A stretch of 64,000 nucleotides of DNA from Amoebophrya sp. A120 (lineage: Eukaryota > Protista > Dinoflagellata), in the NCBI GenBank assembly GCA_905178155.1, contig CAJINV010000010.1, positions 295,915 through 359,914 of the forward strand. The letters run 5' to 3'. Shown here piece by piece: positions 34,407 to 46,100 of the stretch (positions are counted from its first letter, which is position 1; each line of letters opens with the position of its first letter). The position numbers and the translations under genes are program-made. The notes under the pieces were generated by a model. The model ran no database searches, was not told the origin of the DNA, and saw nothing but the letters and a program-made list of their open reading frames with translations.

Positions 34407-35589
34407 TTACTTCGCCTCTCCTGCCCCTTCTTCCTTGCACAAGATTTCCACGAGCGCCGGACAAAACCCTAACTTTTTGTCCAGCACATCCGGGTCTTTC
34501 ACGACATCCATGTACAAATCAATGCCGCCAACATCGGTCCACTCGAACTTGACCGCCTCCACCGGTTTTTGACATGTGCTAACCAAGTGGCGGATTCCGT
34601 TGGTCATCTGGAGCTCGTTCTGCGTGTAGACGTCCTTCAGCTCCAGCCCTTCCCAGTACTGCTCAGCGTTGTAGAAAAAGCTCAAGCCGATGTAACTCGT
34701 GTCCTCCTCCTCCGTCGTCTTGTACTCGGTGTAGGGCTGCTTATCGTACATAGAACTGATCCACATCGCCGGTTTAATATTCGACCGCGCTGTAGAAGTC
34801 AAAGCTGCTGCAGATGATGATGTTGAAACCACATCATCAAACTCTTTCTTCACCCCCGTTTTGAAGTTGCAGTACCGCGCCGAATCCTCCTTGGCGACCG
34901 TGGAAACGCCCATCCAATCGTGCTGGAGTTCAAACGGGATGGGATCCGCCACGAGGGTGTCACACGCGACAAAGTAAAACGACTCTTGTCTTTCCATCTC
35001 CTGGAGACAGGCCTGCAGGGACAGCCCCGGCCCGGACCCGGGGCCGTCGAAGTTTTCCATATGGCGTTCTCACATGTTACATTCGCGCATTGTTACATGA
35101 TTTGTCATGCAAAATTGCAATCAGAATCGACACGATCAAGCTGCTTCGCATGACAAATTCTCGAAGTTCCCAACACGATAAGAATCTGTGCCCAATCGGT
35201 CATGCAAGACGCACAAGGTCCCCTCTTTCACTGTATTTGAAGTTGCCGCTCTCACATTACAAATCCACGTAACAACAGCTGAGGATGTAACAGTTGAGAA
35301 CGTCATATTCCACGAGGCAAAATTTGAAGGGGATGTCCGGGTGCTGCTTTTCCAAATAAAACCTCACCTGGTCGCCCTTGTAGCCGAGCGCGATGACAAA
35401 TTTGGTTTTCTCCTTCGGAAACTTGTCGATGATGTGCGAAATCACCGCTCGCCCGTCGGGGAGCGGCAGCAGCGCTTTGTTCAGCGACTGACACAGCCCG
35501 CCCATGCGCGTCCCCTTTCCCGCGGTGGGGATGCACAGCGTGTACTGGTAGGCGGAAACTGGGGGCTCGGAAGAGGTCATGGCGGCCAT
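34407..35589 (-). CDS. Nucleotidyltransferase (NTP_transferase, sugar-phosphate/LicC-like family); may have further 3' exon(s) near 34019-34210
   Basis: N-terminal IPTAGKGTRM..LNKALLPL signature, IALGYKGDQV, VE|NFDGPGSGPGLSL, ACDTL, WTDVG; one introner at 35060-35307. Confidence 0.85.
35060..35307. mobile_element. Introner family G
   Basis: TATGGCGTTCTCAC..TGAGAACGTCATA; DR TTCCA. Confidence 0.9.
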
Positions 35590-36401
35590 GGTATCAATCT
35601 ATTTGTTCAAGAACCTTTAATGAAAACAATGATCAGAGGACTTTAACGTTATCCGGTAAGGAAGGTAACCGTCACTGGCTTCGCACCAGTTTTAGTTTTC
35701 TTCGAAGATGTTGCTCAAAATCGCCCTTCAAGGTCAGGATGATCTCTAGCACGTCGCCACGACTCGGACTCCTGCCTGCTCCATCTTATAGCAGACTACA
35801 TTTCAAATTCTTAAAGTAGGTATTCCGATAGATAATATACTAGCACCAGAAGGTCATCTTCATTGTCAATACTTCAAACTCACGCGGCACTGCGACCAGG
35901 AGCAGGAGCTTCTGACAGCACTCGTATATGTTCATCTTGGGACGATGAATAACGACACACATCAAGATAAAAATGAACAGACAGATGCTAAAAACGACGC
36001 AGACAAATTAGCGGCTGCTCCTGCGTCCTTTCAGTTGTTCGGTGGGGCAGTGCTCCGGCTTGCTTATTTCGTCTTTATCTTTGATAGTTCACCGACGCAC
36101 ACTGCCGATCCTCGTTCTTCTTGGAAACAATTTTTGTTACATAGAGCACTAGAAGAGCAGGCCACCGAGTGGAGTTCCCTCCCAATCACAACTTCATCCG
36201 AGCTCTTTTTTTATGCACCAACACCATCAAATTTATTAATATGTAAAGACAAAACATAACAAGCTCTGGTGTGAAGACTGTAGTGGAGAAGTTCCTCTCT
36301 TTTACATGGGGGAAACAATCAAATTAAATATTACAACTGACGAGGAAGCCAGCTGCTGAACACTGGCTGCATGATCAACATCATGATCATGATAAATCAC
36401 G

Positions 36402-37975
36402 TTACAGAATGACACACGACTCGCTGCAGGGGCTACAAGCTCCGGGGACCGGGGCCTCGCGCGACTGCACGACGCTCGCTCGGGAATTCCGTCTTCCCCC
36501 GACCGTCTCCCCCTCCGCAACCGGTAGCTGCTTCCGGGGTGCGGGCGGATTGGCGATGAGCTGTTGAAGTTTTTGCTTCTCCGCATTCCACTTTTCTAAC
36601 TGGTCCCCACGCTGCGTCGCGGAAACCTGATAGAGACAATGCCGAAGATTCCACGCCAAGAATATGGTTCTTCGTACTCGGCATGCTATGGCTCCTGCAT
36701 CAGAAAATGTAAAAGTAATAAATTGTTGAATACTTCTATTGTTCCAACTTCCTTGTCCTTCTGTTTTCCATGCTGCAGCACAAAATGAAAACGTACCTCT
36801 TGCTCCCTCACCGTTTCGGTCCAGTGCAGCAGCTCTTTCATCAGCCCGACGGTCTCCAGCTGAAAACGTATCCTAGGGAAATAAACGAAGATTCTAGAGA
36901 ACGGCCCAACTCGATGCAAAAAATGCTATTTGTCATGCGTCTGAAATAGTACCAACAGCCGCCTGCTTTTTACGACTAAGTAAGACTCGGTCGTACCACC
37001 AATAGAAGTAACAGGCATTTCTGAAAACCATGCAGTTTTGAAATTGACGAATCGACGACGTCCCTCCTCAAAAATCTTCTCCAAAAATTCCCTGTTTCCT
37101 ACACGGCTTCCGGCAGCTCTGCACAAACTGATAGGCGGCAAAGGGTGCTGTGCCGTATTCGATAGAGTCGAACTTGATCAGAAACGCGGTGGCCAACAGT
37201 CCAGACGCTTCAGAATTGGAGAACTGCGGTCCCCCGCTCTCATCACTGCAGATCAAAACGCGCACATCACCGTATACGTGCTTGCTGTCCTGCACTAGTC
37301 CCTCATCTTGCGCAGTAGCATTTTTTGCTGTACTGTCAGTCACCGCACGCCCCGCCTGGTTATTAATCATCTGCGTTCGTCGGTGGCAGGCAGTGACAAT
37401 CCAGTCGAAGGTGCGATTGAAAGCTTCCTGAGTTGGCGTGTTCTCGTGCGGTGCTTGGCTAGAAGATTCGGCCGCATCTTCTGTCTCGATTGGTGCGTCG
37501 AGGTATTTCACGTTTGGGAACCTGATGGAGGTTTTTTTGTCAACACATAGATTTTAATATGTACAAGGTCATCGAGGTGGACACCACCACCACGCGCAGA
37601 GTACTGATCAACCTGAGAGGAAACAGTATTTCCAAAGGAATACATGATGACGAGAAAATCATACGTTTTTGTCAGCGTGGATCCCCCAGCCACGAAATTT
37701 CGCATGGAGGAGGTTGCGTTGACAATGTGTGTGAACTGAAATTCCTGTGTGACCACCTGCTCATTCTGTGCGGTAAAGGTGTCGGTGACCCACAACAAAT
37801 CAGGTATAATTTCGGAAACGATCCCCAGCTGCTGCGGCTGTTCTACTTGTTGTTGTAACAAACCAGGTTGATTCGACGCCGTCTTTGATAAGCGCCCTGC
37901 AGAGGCAGGAGATGTTGCAGTAGGGGCTCCCCCTGGAGCTCCGCTGACCCGACCACGAACTACTACGGGGCTCAT
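36402..37975 (-). CDS. Dual-specificity phosphatase-like protein (probable pseudophosphatase), GT-AG introns only
   Basis: SEIIPDLLWV, FTHIVNAT, KYLDAPIE, FNRTFDWI, VRVLIC, ATAFLIK, AYQFVQSCR; GT-AG intron 37522-37664 and two more downstream; stop at 36402. Confidence 0.75.
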
Positions 37976-40900
37976 GGAGGAAGACCAGGACGACCTGCGT
38001 CACAGTCGCGCGTTAGGATTTCAAGTTTTGTTGGTCTTCGAGCGTCGATGCAGCCGTGTTGTAGCCGAAAGGCCGCAGCATGCTGCAGTTGGTTGCAGTT
38101 GGCTGGGCAGTGGTCGTGTGATCGTGGGAGGCGGAGGTACGAAAACGAAAATTATCTTTCCACAAGAGGAGGAGGAGGAGGAAACCTCTATAGTCAGCTT
38201 CTAACTACTAAGCTACTCTCTTTTTTAAGCTAACCATAGGACATGTTTCTGAGGACGACTAGCCGAGCTGGGGATAGGTTTTTACATCGTGGACAAATAG
38301 CCCTGCCAGGTGTACAAAACCTAGGACTTCAGTGCCACGACCCATGAAGATCTCCTTTTCTCCGCTCAAGGCCCGTCCCCGAGTCTGTACTGCAAACGCC
38401 CCCATGGTGTCGCTGGCCGCTTGAATGTAGTGGCTCGCTGGTTCCGCGGTAGTTGTATCTGCCAGCTGTACGTCTTCACTTGATGTCGTAATTTCCCGGT
38501 GGAGAGACGACGCAACATACTAGCTGCTACACCGTGATGCGTGTCAAACCACAGCGAGAGAGCTCGGGGCGCAAAGTTTGGATTTGTGGCGCTGACCACA
38601 GCCGGTTGGTGACCACTAGGCGGTTGGAAACCGCTAGGGCCCGTACCCGGAGTGCCCAGACGCCACGCCTGTTCGACGAGAAGAAGTGAGCCACTACTGA
38701 CGAATGGTTGTGAGGGCGAAGCAACAGAGTTACCTGTCGGCTGAAGCCCGCAGTGGAGGATTCCCAATCCCTCCACCGTCGACATGAAGTAGTGCATCAT
38801 GATGATATTATCAATACGTCGCCCGCTCCGACGTAGTACAGAAAGCTCCCCCGTCGTCGATCCTCGGCTGACCCTCCCCCGTCGTTGGCGGCAGTCCTTC
38901 TGTCGCGCGTGTAGGCGCGTCCACGTCCGACTTCGTTAAGAAGGGCGTTGTTCTCGAGCAAGCTGGCTGCGCTGATGCACAAAGAAAGATAGCCTGTGTG
39001 GAATCAAAGGAATAACCGGGGGAACGGAAAAAGATCGACGAGGACAAGCCCACGGGTTCCCCTCACTGACATGTCCTGCGCCCTCGTCCCTAAGAAAAAC
39101 GCAGGCCCTTGTCGCGTCGCTCGATCACGGCACGAAGGTCACGACCACGGCGGGCGCGGGTGGAGTGTATAATTAATCTATGCGCTATTTCTATATTCAT
39201 TGGCCCGGTTTCTATACTTTCTTTTTTACTCTTACTAGGCTATTGCTATCCGAGGCCGTTTATCTAACTCCTTGGCGGGGCTACGCGGTGACCCGTGCTG
39301 CGGTGGCGCTGTCAGCGAGAGGGACGACGTCATTATTTTGTTTCTTGTATTTTCGACCGACGTATTTGTTTCCTAAAGGGGCGAGGCTCACCGGGGTCAT
39401 TAGGCTCGCTATGGCCAACCTGCAGCATCCAGGGACCCTCACGAGGCCCTCGCCCCCATGGTTTTTGGTTGAATTTCAGGTAGTATCCGTTCTCAACAAC
39501 GACGAAGAACAACGACGAAGAGAACAACGACTTTCTTCAATATCATTCAAGAATAAAAAACACTTGCTCCTCTTCGCACATTCTTATGTCTGTGAGTACG
39601 TGTAGTGTTTTTGCTCGCCCTGGTACATTTTCATGGAGTAGCAGCCCCTTTTCTGATTCTAAAATAGCTCTTGGTTAGAAGTTCGATCTGACCTAAATAG
39701 TAACTCGTAACTCTGTGCCTGAATTATCTTTCCACAAGATGAAGCGACGGCGCAAGAACGCAGCCAAGCACTTTGCCCCTAGCCAAGAAATTTTATCGAA
39801 ACACACATCACAAGAAGTCGAAAGCTCTTTATTCTGTAGTAGTCCTGAGTAATGAATAAGTATGCTTATCTCAAATTGAATAGATTGAGCAATCGCGTTC
39901 TTGTATCAATTGCAGTAGTTTTTACTAGTAAGTACCATGACCATCGACGAAACGACGTCACGAATGTCAACTTTTCGAAGATGAGGACGACACAGACGAC
40001 AGAACAAGCGACGACGCTCAGGTGCTGGCGCCCTCGGTTTCTTCCAACGACAACGAAAGCGATAGGGTTCCGACGACAGCACATGGGCTTCTAATCCGTT
40101 GTTCTAGTGAGGACACAGAGCCAGACAAACACACAGGGTCGTCGTCCTTACTGGGCTGACGAGTATGTACCGCGTGCCAGTGCAAGTTGCTTCCCCATCC
40201 GAAACCAATCGAAAAAGAACGAGCACATAACTACCCAGGTTGTAGAAACAAATCGACAGGGGAAAGGGACTTGATCCTTCGCCGAGTCGAAGTTTTTTTT
40301 TTTGTTTTTCACGATCACGGTGACGGCACCAGCACGACGAAAATATAGATTAAGAAATCCTTCAAAATCTCCAAAAGGACTGCTTACGTACCGCAGCATT
40401 TGTACCGTACGGAACTCTTCTTCACGAAGATGCAGCGAACAAATTAAAAATGCCGTTCCAACTTGAGACGCAAGAAGAACTAGCGCCACAAAGTTCTACT
40501 TGCTGGCGCGGTAGAGCTTTCTGTTCCAGGGTGCGGCGCTTTGCTGTTTAAACCTATTGAAAGTAAATCATAGTGTACAGTTTCATTTTCGTAAAAAATC
40601 TTCAGCATCAAGGCGCATCGAAGTGTACTATTCTCGATGATTTCTTTTGTCATAGTTAGTCGTGCGAATTGAAATTTCTTTGAATTGCGGACAATTATGC
40701 AAGAGTGTCCCCGACCCTCCTCCTGTCACTGCTCCATCTTTTCCCGTGTCGAGGCAAAATTGCGATTGCCACCGACAACATGGGGCTGATGTTGCAACTA
40801 CATGATCCTCTAGTCATCTAAATCTTGCTGTCCCTGGCTGGTTGTGGTTCACTTTTCTTTGCATTTGCTTCCGCGGTGACAATCGAAATATCGTAGACAA

Positions 40901-41630
40901 AACTGTAAAGCAGCATGGATACTTTTTCAATCGTCGCGAAACTTAATTTCATTCACAGTATCTGAGCGCAGGTCTCGCTAGGAGGTCAGTACTAGGTTGA
41001 AACTGCTATCGAATTCGTTCATCGCGGCTTTAAGTATCTGCTCGTCTTCAAACAGAAACAATAACAATCATTTTTCATGGGAAGTAGAATACTTAAACGT
41101 TCGTAGTACTTTATTTTTTGGTGCATGTTCATTTTCCTTCGCGACTTAATTTTCGTTCTTCATTCGCATTTTCTTCTGTGAGAGTTGTAAGAGTAAATCT
41201 AAATCGTCTAAAAAGTGGTCAACTACAGGATAAGTTAATTTCAGTTGAGTAAAAACGACGTTCTTGCGCTTGTACGAAAAGTGGGTGCATCAAGAATTGA
41301 TTAGAAAACAAAACTGGACTAGACTACAAGGTCCCCTCAGCATCGACGGACTCGACGTAGCCATTATACAGTGCTGTGAAAAGTGTAAATTCGAATCGTT
41401 TTTTCATCTTTCTAACAGAAACAGTAACATATGAGTAATATTTTCCTAGAATAGTTTTTTTACTTTTTAACGTCATCAACAAGATCCTCACCGTCCTCAG
41501 TCCTCTCTACAGCTACTTCTCGTGTAGTAGCTTGTTGCGCCTCTTCTTGAAGATTCAGTCGCGATTTTTACAACTAGACCGTCACTTGCAGCTCGATTTC
41601 CGTCTCACCGAGTTGCAGGAAAGAAGGGGC

Positions 41631-41948
41631 TATGCGCTGCAAATGTATCTGGGCCTGGAAGAATGCAGAAATTTGCGATACATATTTTCCATTACAGACT
41701 GATGAGGTCCACCGGATGAATGCAGACCTAGCATGACAGATTGTTCTGCGAAGTTGTCCTTGTCTCCATCATGTTCATGCCTGATAATATTCTGCATGAG
41801 AAACAAGTCCTTTCCACCTTGAGTAAAATCGCGCAACTACTTTTGGTAGTCATGCAACACAGATTCTTGTTCTGTGAGTGTCGTGACGTACAGGATGCAT
41901 CACAAGTTTGCATTCTTGTTCCAGCCTGAGACGTATTTGCACTGGATA
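41631..41948. mobile_element. Introner family B (DR decayed)
   Basis: TATGCGCTGCAAATGTATCTGGG..ACGTATTTGCACTGGATA. Confidence 0.7.
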
Positions 41949-43119
41949 GCCTGCGACGTCGTTGTTGTGGACGTCGTCCCGTAGAGGTGCTCGTGCATGT
42001 TCTCCGTAAACACCACACAATTCTGCACGACGAACCTGCAGTTTGGAGAGATGAATCCGTAGTATTCATACATCTGAGGATTCGACTAGATTCATATTTC
42101 ATTTCAAGTCCACGTACCACCACCATCTATAATCATGCCAATGCAGCTCGTGTAGGCCACTGCATATAATTCTCATGTGGATAGAAAAAGGCACAGCTAT
42201 TAAAGGCACCAAAATAAAGCGCACCTCGTTCAAGAACAGGACTAGCACGAAAAAAGTTCCTTATGAATTCTCCCAAGTACTACTAGAATCCACCCTGTCA
42301 GAGAATGACTACAAGTAGAAGTACCGCTCCGGTTGCTTCTGGCCCTCCAGGTTGTAATAGTGGTCGTCCGTCATCGCTTGCACCACCACCGAGCAGCATT
42401 CGGCATCGCAAGAAAAAACCGTTTCACTGTGGTAAACACAACTTCCTGTCTAAGCATAACACTTTGCAATACAGCACCTGGCTTAGTAGCTTTTAGGATT
42501 TTTATTTAGCGTTTTTTCTCATTTTGTGCACGTTGCCGTTGCGTGTTTAATAATATTCCCCTTACTGAATTAGTCTTAGTGGGCCGGCATGGCAATATCG
42601 TTGCTCTTCGCCACGGATGATCATGTAGAGCAACAAACTTGAAGATGTGACGCACTATCAAAGAAAGCGGCTCAGCAAAACACTTTTTTCCTACGATATT
42701 CCGCCAGATCGATGTAGTCATCCATAGTTCCGTATCACAAGCAAAAGATCAATCTGACACTGGAAACTTACTTGTGAAGTTGTAACAAATACAAATGCAC
42801 GACAACTTGTTTTCGCATGTGCAAACCAATGTGAATCTGAATGTCGCTGCAAAAATAATACTAATACAAAGCGTTGATCCATTTCCTTTTTGAGTACGTT
42901 TCCAGAGGACTCAGATCATATTACATTTGCAGTGGATATTCCGCCAACCATGTAGGCCTAGTATTTGTAGTTTATTTCTTTGTATATGGATAGTATCAAC
43001 ACCGCTCTGCCAGGCTATTCAAGTTTGCATGAAGACAAAGCTGGAGAATGTATGACAATTCTTGTTCCGGCCCGAAACGAAGATGCAGCTGGCAAAGAAC
43101 ATCAACATCTTTTCTATCA

Positions 43120-46100
43120 CCAGTACCTCTCTGCTTTTTGGAATGTGCCAGTCCTTGGGTTCGTCACTGTAGGCCTTGTTAAACAACGGATGGTTCTGAC
43201 CCTATCCTGTGCAAAAGTATCGTACTCGTATTGGTGCAATCATGCATTACAATCTTTTTCTTAAGGGCAATCCGCATTACAAATTTTATTTCTCATGCTG
43301 AGAAAATTAAAATTTGTAATGCATTTATACGAGTACGATACTTTTGCAAAGCATAGACCCCGCGAGTCCGCAACGATCAGCCGTAGCGTTTGACGCCGAG
43401 TTTCCTGCCCAGCGCTTAGTTGCATAAAGGCGCCGCCGCCGCCGACAGTGCCGCCGCTACCGCCGCCGCCACCACTACCGGGCTGGCTGCTGATATGAGG
43501 GTGCATAAAAACTCCCCCTTCCCCTCCTTCGTACAAATGCAAAATGTCAACTTTCATCCCCTTTGCCACGATTTCTCCATGTTGACACATTCCAGAAACC
43601 CAAAGGTCACAGCCAGGCAGTGATTACAGTCTGGGCACCAGATGCTTGTCATGCACAGACTCTATGATCTACTAACGCGAACTTCCGTGGTGTTCCTGTT
43701 GCTTGTCATGTATGATTTTCAATAGTTCGGGGAAAGGAACGGGAAGTCCTCGTTGTGCACGCTCATACTTGTCGTCGTCGGGATTCGTGTACAGCGTTCC
43801 AATATGAAGTGAAGATTATACGTCTGGGTTGTAATATGGTACTGCAGACAGCTATGGGAAGATAGGCGTCCGCTGCGTTCACCTTCCGTACCACCTTGAC
43901 CTTCTGACGGGCATGCGCATGCGAATGGAAATGGATTACGCTGCGTTTCTACAACATAACAAAAGAGCTGCGCCTTTCCGCAACATGCATGACATGGTTT
44001 CGTTTTGGGGTCAAACACAAACCCTGTATGACGTTGATGCCACGCAAGCATGCTAATCTTCCAGTACCAGTAGACCGAGACATATACGAAAATTTGCGTT
44101 TCATATCCCGCGGCCGCCCCAATGAACGGATATGCATTACAAACTTGTCTGGGTCTGGAACAACGCAGCCATTTACTTTGCAGTTTTTGCATCTGCGAGA
44201 CGGGTTGGAGTGCACGCAAAGCATGACAATAAATTCTGCGAAGAAGGTCTTTCCATGCCCAGCTTGCATCAGAAATGCCCTGTCCTGGACACAAGAATCT
44301 CGAGTCTTCTCCGGACTACGCAAGGCAGATTCAGATTTTTGCCTATTCCAGAATCTGCATCACAAGTTGCTGGCTGCAGCCTTCCAGACCCAGACATATT
44401 TGCAACGCATAACGGATTCTCCCAGACGATGGGAGTGGCGGTGAATTCAAACGCCTATGCATTGCAAAAGTATGATCGCACTAGTAGACACTGGATAGAA
44501 TAAAATTTTTCTGAAAGGAAAAATGAAATTTGTGAAGATGCTGCTGTGCCTAAAAAGCGAGATAATTTGTCATGCGTGTTCACTGAAATTGAGATTCCGA
44601 CGAGTGCGATTATACTTTTCCAATGCATAACGCCCCGCGCAACACGATTTCGTCATCGTCCTCGAAGTCGGTCAATCCCCGCTCCTCCTTGTTGGATAAG
44701 GTGTCGGGGTTCTCTTTTTTACTTTGTCCAATCTGCTTGGGGGTCTTTCGATATGCAAGAAAATGCTAAAACTGTTTCACTGTAAACTTGTGATGCAGGA
44801 GAAGATGACGCAGCACGGACCATGAACTTTTGGGCATGAATGTTGTAGTTTTCCCCGCCTGAGAGGCTCGGATGGAACATCAGCATTTTGATTTTCTATA
44901 TTCTTTCGTAAATATATAATGTAAAACAAACTTGATGTGTTATAGACCTTGCAAAACTCTTACAGTGCAACATTCTTTCCGTACGATATCAAATCCTTGA
45001 AGTGTAGTGGTCGCGCCGTTGGGAAGAAGTACCCCAAAATGAGGCTCTCAAGCGTTACATTCTGAAGATGTTGCATGACCTTTTGTGATGCAACAAGAAT
45101 GCCAAAAGCGACAGGAGGGCGAGGGAGGGAGCTTCTTGATGCACCTCTCGCATTACTACATACAAGTTTGGCACAGGTTTCCACGCTGTTTTGCCCCTTC
45201 GAAGATTTGTCATGCGCAGTAGCTTGATCGTCTCGAAGATGCTGATCGACATCACATGGCACTTTTGAAGACGCATCCTAAATCCTGCAACAGCTGAGAA
45301 TGTAACGTTTGAGCATTTTTATCCCATACCCACGTCCTTGCTGTTCTTATCAGCCACGCCGTGCAGTACATCGCGTCGGAGCGGCAAACCGTTCAGATGG
45401 TCCAACGATGGCCAGTGGAAAAACCCGACCCGGTCCTTGCACTCGCTGGCCCGCACCTTGTTGACGGGCATTTTTTTGAAGCTTTGCTCCCGCTGGTCGC
45501 TGTCCACCGTTCCTCCCACTTGGATATCCTGTTCGACGTTGTGTTGCTTATTCTTGTATATGGCGGCGCGAGCTCATTTTTTTTGAGAGTTTTTTTTTTT
45601 TTCATATGCCATTTAAATGCCTAGCAATATGTGCATTTACTGGCCCCATTACTATAGCTAAAAGCGGAAGGCCCGCCTGCGAAATGCAGACGGAGCCCGA
45701 TACTGCGGTAGCCGGCGGGGTGGTAAAGCAGGAAGCTGAGGCGCGGACCCGTCTCGGAGCGGTGCGCGAACGTGAAACCGCCAGCACCCATGGCCGCAAA
45801 GTTGTGGCGACGCTATGGCAATAGGGCGGCGAGACCACAAACGGGGCGCAACCCGCGCGCAGGCTGTGGCGCGTGGTCGCCGACATTCGGCCGACGAGGG
45901 GGCCCACGCAGGCAGCGAAAGCCCAAAGGGCGTGAAGGTCACGCTTGGGCGTTTGGCAGGCGGTGGCGATGGCGAGCTGTTTCGGGCGGTAGTCAATAAA
46001 AGCAAACAGCCGCCCGCCTCGCAACACAATCACGGTCGCCGGCCCTGGGGTGTCGGGGCCAGATGGTGGCGGAGGGCCCGGGGTGCGCATGCCAAAAAAA

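Noticed and set aside
39500-43100. Possible genes or RNA genes in the AT-richer interval
   Set aside because: Only short ORFs without motifs; no tRNA, rRNA or spliced-leader sequence recognised by eye.
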